A stretch of 63,033 nucleotides of DNA, counting the filler, from Hyphochytrium catenoides (Eukaryota > Protista > Hyphochytriomycota), in the NCBI GenBank assembly GCA_900088475.1. It is 10 parts of 10 records of this genome, joined end to end, with 100 filler letters (N's around TTAATTAATTAA, not from the genome) between each part and the next. Parts side by side here need not be neighbours in the genome. Positions count along the whole stretch, not along the records: positions 45,973 to 58,660 come from FLMG01002259.1; positions 58,761 to 61,752 come from FLMG01000294.1; positions 61,853 to 63,033 come from FLMG01003148.1; 7 more parts are not named here. One strand, 5' to 3'. The stretch's first letter is position 1. Each line of letters opens with the position of its first letter. Positions 58,013 to 63,033 of the stretch are shown here, piece after piece. A program made the translations under genes and the position numbers. The notes below the pieces were generated by a model. It was not told the DNA's origin and did no database searches. It was given only the letters and a program-made list of their open reading frames with translations.

Positions 58013-60011
58013 CTCTCTCTCTCCGTCTCTCTCTCTTTCCCTCTCTCTCTCTCTCTTGTCTCTTCATCGGTCAACTATCATTTTCTCCGTTAGCTTCTTA
58101 CAAAGTGATATCCTTTCTTTCCACCTTAATTTCCCTTCACCATCTCCCACCATCATCGCAGCCGGAAACTTATCATCATGAGGAGACAACGGCAAAGGAG
58201 AGAGAAAGAAGCAAGGTAACTCGATAAGATCTTCAGCACACAGCGCTGTCCAACGTAGAAGAAGAGCTGCAGGCTGGCCGAGCCGATGCATGGCCGTCTG
58301 CCTTGCTTCTTGTTGATCTCTTCTCTCTCCCCTGCATCGTCTATCCTCCTGGTAGATAGCTTTTGCTGAGTGGAAAGCGGTTTGTATCTGCGCTGGCGGC
58401 GCCGCTGCTACTCTTGATGCCGCGGCGATGAAAAAAGTTAGCGCCTCATCATGAATCTTCTTCTTCTGCTGTCTGTCATTCTGTCAACAGTTCTCAATGC
58501 CGCCACATCCTCCCGACGATGTCGGCTTTGATCTCCGCCTACTAACATTATTAGTGCTCAATATTATCATCTCTTCTTGAGGAAGACCTGTTGCGATGAT
58601 GCTAAGTCTTCCTTTTCTAGCCATTGAAGCGTAGTTCAGGAGAGGAGGAGCAGGGCTTTCNNNNNNNNNNNNNNNNNNNNNNNNNNNNNNNNNNNNNNNN
58701 NNNNTTAATTAATTAANNNNNNNNNNNNNNNNNNNNNNNNNNNNNNNNNNNNNNNNNNNNATAACTCTCTTGCGTCCTGTCAATCTTTCTGTTTGTCTGT
58801 CTGTCTCTCTTTCTGATTCTCTCTCCAGCTTTTCCTCTCTCTCTTCTTCATTTCTTCTACTTTTCAGTCCCTCGATCTCGCGATGTAGCGCAGCAGTTAC
58901 CATAAGGTGTCGGTGATGAGCCTATCGGAGGAGATTCAGGCTCCTCATCTTTCTCCTCGCTTGAACCTTCTTTTTTTACTTTGCCTTCCACTCCTAGCTG
59001 AATAAAGACTAGATGACAGGAGAGAGAGAAAGACACTGTAAGGCAGTAGCCAAAGAGAGAACGAGCAAGTTGATGAGAACAGTTGTAAGGAGTATCGAGA
59101 AGGCGGAAGAGAGATAACATGATGACTCAATGTCTAGAGAACGCCACTCACCTATCTCTTCCCCATTTGGAGGCAGCTTAGGAGGAAGAGAGGACGTCGG
59201 TGGTGAAGAGAGAGACTTGGAGGGAAAAGCTATGTGCAGTCCTTCTTGGAAGTTATCAGCTAAGATTTGCTCTTCCGACGGCTCTTCTGTCTCGGTTTCG
59301 TCCGCTGAAGCTTGATACGTCTCAGCGCAGTGTCCTCCTCCCCGCAGAGCTCCCTGATAGGTTTCAATAGGCTCAACTTCATGAGCCATCTAGGGATGGA
59401 CGTCAGCTGAACGCCCTCGTGCTCGTCTTCCCCTTTAATCCCTTGATAGGCACAACGAAATCTAGACCATTCTGGAGCGGCGCTCTCTTGAGAATGCTTC
59501 TGCGTTGTCTTCCTCTAAGACATTCTTCGCTTGTGCTCGTACCAGACTACTCGTGCTTCTTATCGCTTTCTTTCTCTCTCTTCTTATCGCTTTCTTTCTC
59601 TCTCTCTCTCTCTCTTTCTCTTCTGGCTTATCGTCCGACTGATCGACGCTTCGCTGCTTCGTCCTCCTCTTGGCAGGAGAGGGCTGGCTTCTGAGAGCCA
59701 GAAGTCTGGGAGTTGTTGGAAAGCAAAGAGAAGCGATCTCTTACCATGTTATTACCCTTGTCTTTTGCTCTCCCTTCCTATGTTCCTTTCTCCGTTTGTC
59801 TTTACCTCTGCTTCTCCCAATATTTTGCTCTTTTTGGTCTCTCTCTCTCTGTCTCTCTCTCTCTTTCTCTCTAACTCTCTCTCTCACTCTCTCTCTCCCT
59901 CTCACAGGCGCGTTCTCTCTCTCTTTCTCTCACTCTTTCTCTCACTCTTGCTCTCACTCTCTCTGTCCCTCTCACGCGCGCGTTCTCTCTCTCTTTCTCT
60001 CACTCTTTCTC

Positions 60012-60086
<75 letters not shown>

Positions 60087-60821
60087 CTCGCTCTCGCTCT
60101 CGCGCTCTCTCTCTCTCCTCTCTCTGGCGCCTTTTAGTCGATGATGGCCATGAACCGAACCTTTTGTTCCTTGAACGAATCTTCATCAACCAATTAGTTA
60201 TCATTCACAGTTTCTTTTCGGTCCAGTTGGCCCAGAACCTCCTCGTAAAGTTTCAAGCTCTGTGGGCCCGATTCTATCGTGTGACTTCCGATTGTAATGA
60301 GGACCTTCTCAAGGGTAGAATAGCCCTTTGTCTTCGCTCCGCATTGCAGATCTCCCCCTGTAAATAACCAGTAACACTTCTATGAACAAGAAGTACAACT
60401 ACAAAACTCAGTGCATTCGTGCCATCATCACTTTGATTCTCGTCGTTTATTGATGATCATTCTTTATAGGGAATTAAGATCTGGACTTCAGAGAAGCTGA
60501 AGAAGCACGAGGTGCTTGTCAGACTGTGGCTTTGCAGTTTGTGCCGTTAGTTTGAAAGTCTTTCGGTGGAACTGCGCAGTGTGTTGGTTGTCCTGCTGGT
60601 GGTGGACGACGACGAGGAGTGCGTGGAAAATCTTTCAAGAGGCTTGATGCTCCTCGGCATCATCATAATGGTCACTGGTCTCGCCTGGATGGCTTTACGC
60701 CTTCATCGCGGAGGAGTCTCTTTGGCCATTCGTGATTGAAGAAAATGCGCTTCAGATTCTGAAGCGTATTTATCCCTCGTCATCAGCAGTTCAACTCTTC
60801 TTCTCGTGCCCGCCTGAGCAT

Positions 60822-61160
60822 GACGATGATGATGGTTTGGTGCTTCATCTTCTCCGTCTTCTCCTTCTTCTCCTGCTGTTATTACTAAGTAAGTCAACTA
60901 TGATTCTTCCTTCTCTCATCCCGAGCGTGGAGAGGATAGAGTAGACAAGGACATAACGGCTTTGTACCTCTTGTAGTCTCTTCTTCTTTTTTCACTCTCC
61001 TCCCTTTATCGTTTTTCTTCTGTTTCTCTTTTCTCTTCACCTTTTTCTTCTTTTCTTTGATTCTTCTTCGCCATCCTTCTTCTAATTCTTCTTCGTCTCT
61101 TTCTTCTTTTTTATCTCTTCTTCTTTTCCATCTTCTTCCCAAGAAGTTATATGCAAATGA
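60822..61160. repeat. Dispersed repeat homologous to ~51488-51780
   Basis: aagtcaactatgattcttccttctctcatcccgagcgtggagaggatagag vs aagtcaactatgatccttccttctctaataacgagcgtggagaagagagag. Confidence 0.85.
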
Positions 61161-62396
61161 TATTAAAAAAAAAATTGAGAATCTTTTTCTTCATAATGAC
61201 AAAACCTGCCGTTTCCACGAAAAAGCAAAAGCTGCTTTATTGCAAAAGCACTGATATGGCAATAGAAAAAAACAAGCTTGACACATTTGACATTATTGCA
61301 ACGTTGGACCGAAATGCCTACAATATGATGGAATAGATAGTAGAATAGCAAGCAGGCAGTTATCCGGATCATACTTTGGTTTCCAATGGACAGGAGAGCT
61401 ATAGAGCCCTATCTCTTAACTATTAGTTGAGGGGGCCAATACATTCGCACTTCGTGTTCTTCAACAGTAGTCTTCTTCTTCTTCTTTCTCAAGAGAAATT
61501 TTCCGCGGATGCTTTAGAGAGTTTGTTGTTGATTGCCAATGTGCATACTGTAACTTTGAGCAAAGTGTCCTTGAAAACCAATGGTCATTCTAATACTTGT
61601 AGCGGATAATCAGGGACCGTCATCTACTACCTTAGTAGGTTCAAATTGTTGGGGTCGAGGTGGTTGTTGTATCATCCTCCGGAGAAGCTTTGATCCCTCC
61701 TACGACCTGTTCTAGTCTAGTAACGGGCTCTTCGTCGGCACCCGCCCCCCCCNNNNNNNNNNNNNNNNNNNNNNNNNNNNNNNNNNNNNNNNNNNNTTAA
61801 TTAATTAANNNNNNNNNNNNNNNNNNNNNNNNNNNNNNNNNNNNNNNNNNNNCAACCGCCTGCCTAGCACGTGCTGATCGACGTCAATCTATCAGGAAGC
61901 CATAGAAAGCCCGAGATGGCTGGTTAGGGACCAGGCTCGCGATGGAAGCAAAGAAAGAGACGATATCGGCACGGTCCCTGCCGCGGGCTACGCCTAATGG
62001 CGTGCTACAGCTGAAGCTTCATAGAAAGCTTCTGGAGCAAGAGCTGGTATCTCTGGACCAACAGATTAAAGAAAAGTAAGATGGGCTCTTGGCAAACAAA
62101 AAGTGAGAGAGAGGGCATGGTCGGTGGAAAAGGAGAGAAAGGAGTGACAATAGAGGAGTGAAGATTTGTGCGAGAAAGATGAGAGAGAGAGGGAGATTCA
62201 GAGACAAAGAGAGACAGACAGACACAGAGAGATAGGGAAGCAGAGAAAGAGAGAGACACAGAGAGAACATTTATCCTTAGTGACTACATCGCATCCTAAC
62301 GCAACCTTGTGCAGGAAAGAGAAGAATAAACGAAGACGAAAAAGGAAGGAAGGGAAGGACCATGATGGCTCTCCTCTCTCTGACACAGGAGAGGAA

Positions 62397-62901
62397 ATGC
62401 CAGAAATTGTCCCCAACAACGACGACGTCACTGTGAAGCGGCAACAGGCTCCCTTTCTCTCTATTTCTTCCTCTTCCAGCACGTCTCTCCTCCCTCAGCC
62501 AAAGGTTCTAGGCGGCCCGGTGACCGAACAGTTGAGACAGAGAAAGGCCAAGACCAAGGCTTCCGTGATCATAAAGAGTCAACTGAAGCAGCGGAATGTA
62601 GGAGAACGCATGCCATCATCCTCCCCGTACCCTTTCTTTTCTCTCTGCCACGTTGCTTCAGGCTCTCTCTCTTAAGAAGACACACATCTCGCTTGTGAGG
62701 GTTTGCCCTCTTGGCTCACTTCTCTCTCTCTCTTCGCCATAACTCTATAAGTGCCGCCTCTCTGATCCCTTTCCTCCCTCTGGTCGGTAAGCTTCCTCTA
62801 TAATACGCTGACTTAGTTCTTTCACTCCAGCTAAATCCCATACAAAAGACCGAAGAAGTGAGGCCAGTGATCCCACCGTCTGAGTTCCCAACAGCTTATG
62901 C
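62397..62901 (+). CDS. 5' exons of a gene, possibly PACRG/PACRG-like
   Basis: Exon 62397-62597 and a clean exon 62831-62901 (ccag|...|gtaagt) reading LNPIQKTEEVRPVIPPSEFPTAYA, reminiscent of the PPSxFxxxYxxG start of the PACRG domain. Confidence 0.35.
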
Positions 62902-63033
62902 GTAAGTCAAGGAAACGTTCAGAGAAAAGGACAGAGAGAGAGAAGTGAGAGAGTGAGACGTGTATGGATACAGAGAGACAGAGAGGGAAAGAAGAGTCCG
63001 AACGCTAGCGAGAGAGCTAGGGAAGAGGTCAGT

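Overview
Eukaryotic genomic DNA: about 10 unlinked contigs joined by artificial N-TTAATTAATTAA-N linkers, so adjacency across linkers is meaningless. The genome is intron-rich and saturated with (GA)n/(CT)n microsatellites, and most entries in the ORF track are repeat artefacts. A stramenopile-like protist is plausible but is inference only. Manual splicing (GT-AG, one GC-AG, phases checked) recovers these genes: a myristoylated NCS/EF-hand protein with a PIP5K-type N-terminal helix and an inserted PH domain; the 3' part of a METTL21-family methyltransferase; a C2-domain-TEY MAP kinase fusion; an intronless GH13 alpha-amylase-family fragment; a Tim17/22-family gene; a USO1/p115 first exon; a PEX26/APEM9-like tail-anchored protein; a low-complexity protein with four WD[ED]xP motifs; a near-complete Sec24; an intronless ankyrin-repeat gene; a modular secreted repeat protein; and a possible PACRG-like fragment. 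Also present are a hAT-like transposon with two clustered nonsense codons and a frameshifted MYND relic. The best candidates for novelty are the two lipid/Ca2+ signalling fusions, introns with complementary 5'-(GA)/3'-(CT) halves, the PEX26-like protein and the secreted repeat protein. All family calls are from recalled motifs, not database searches.
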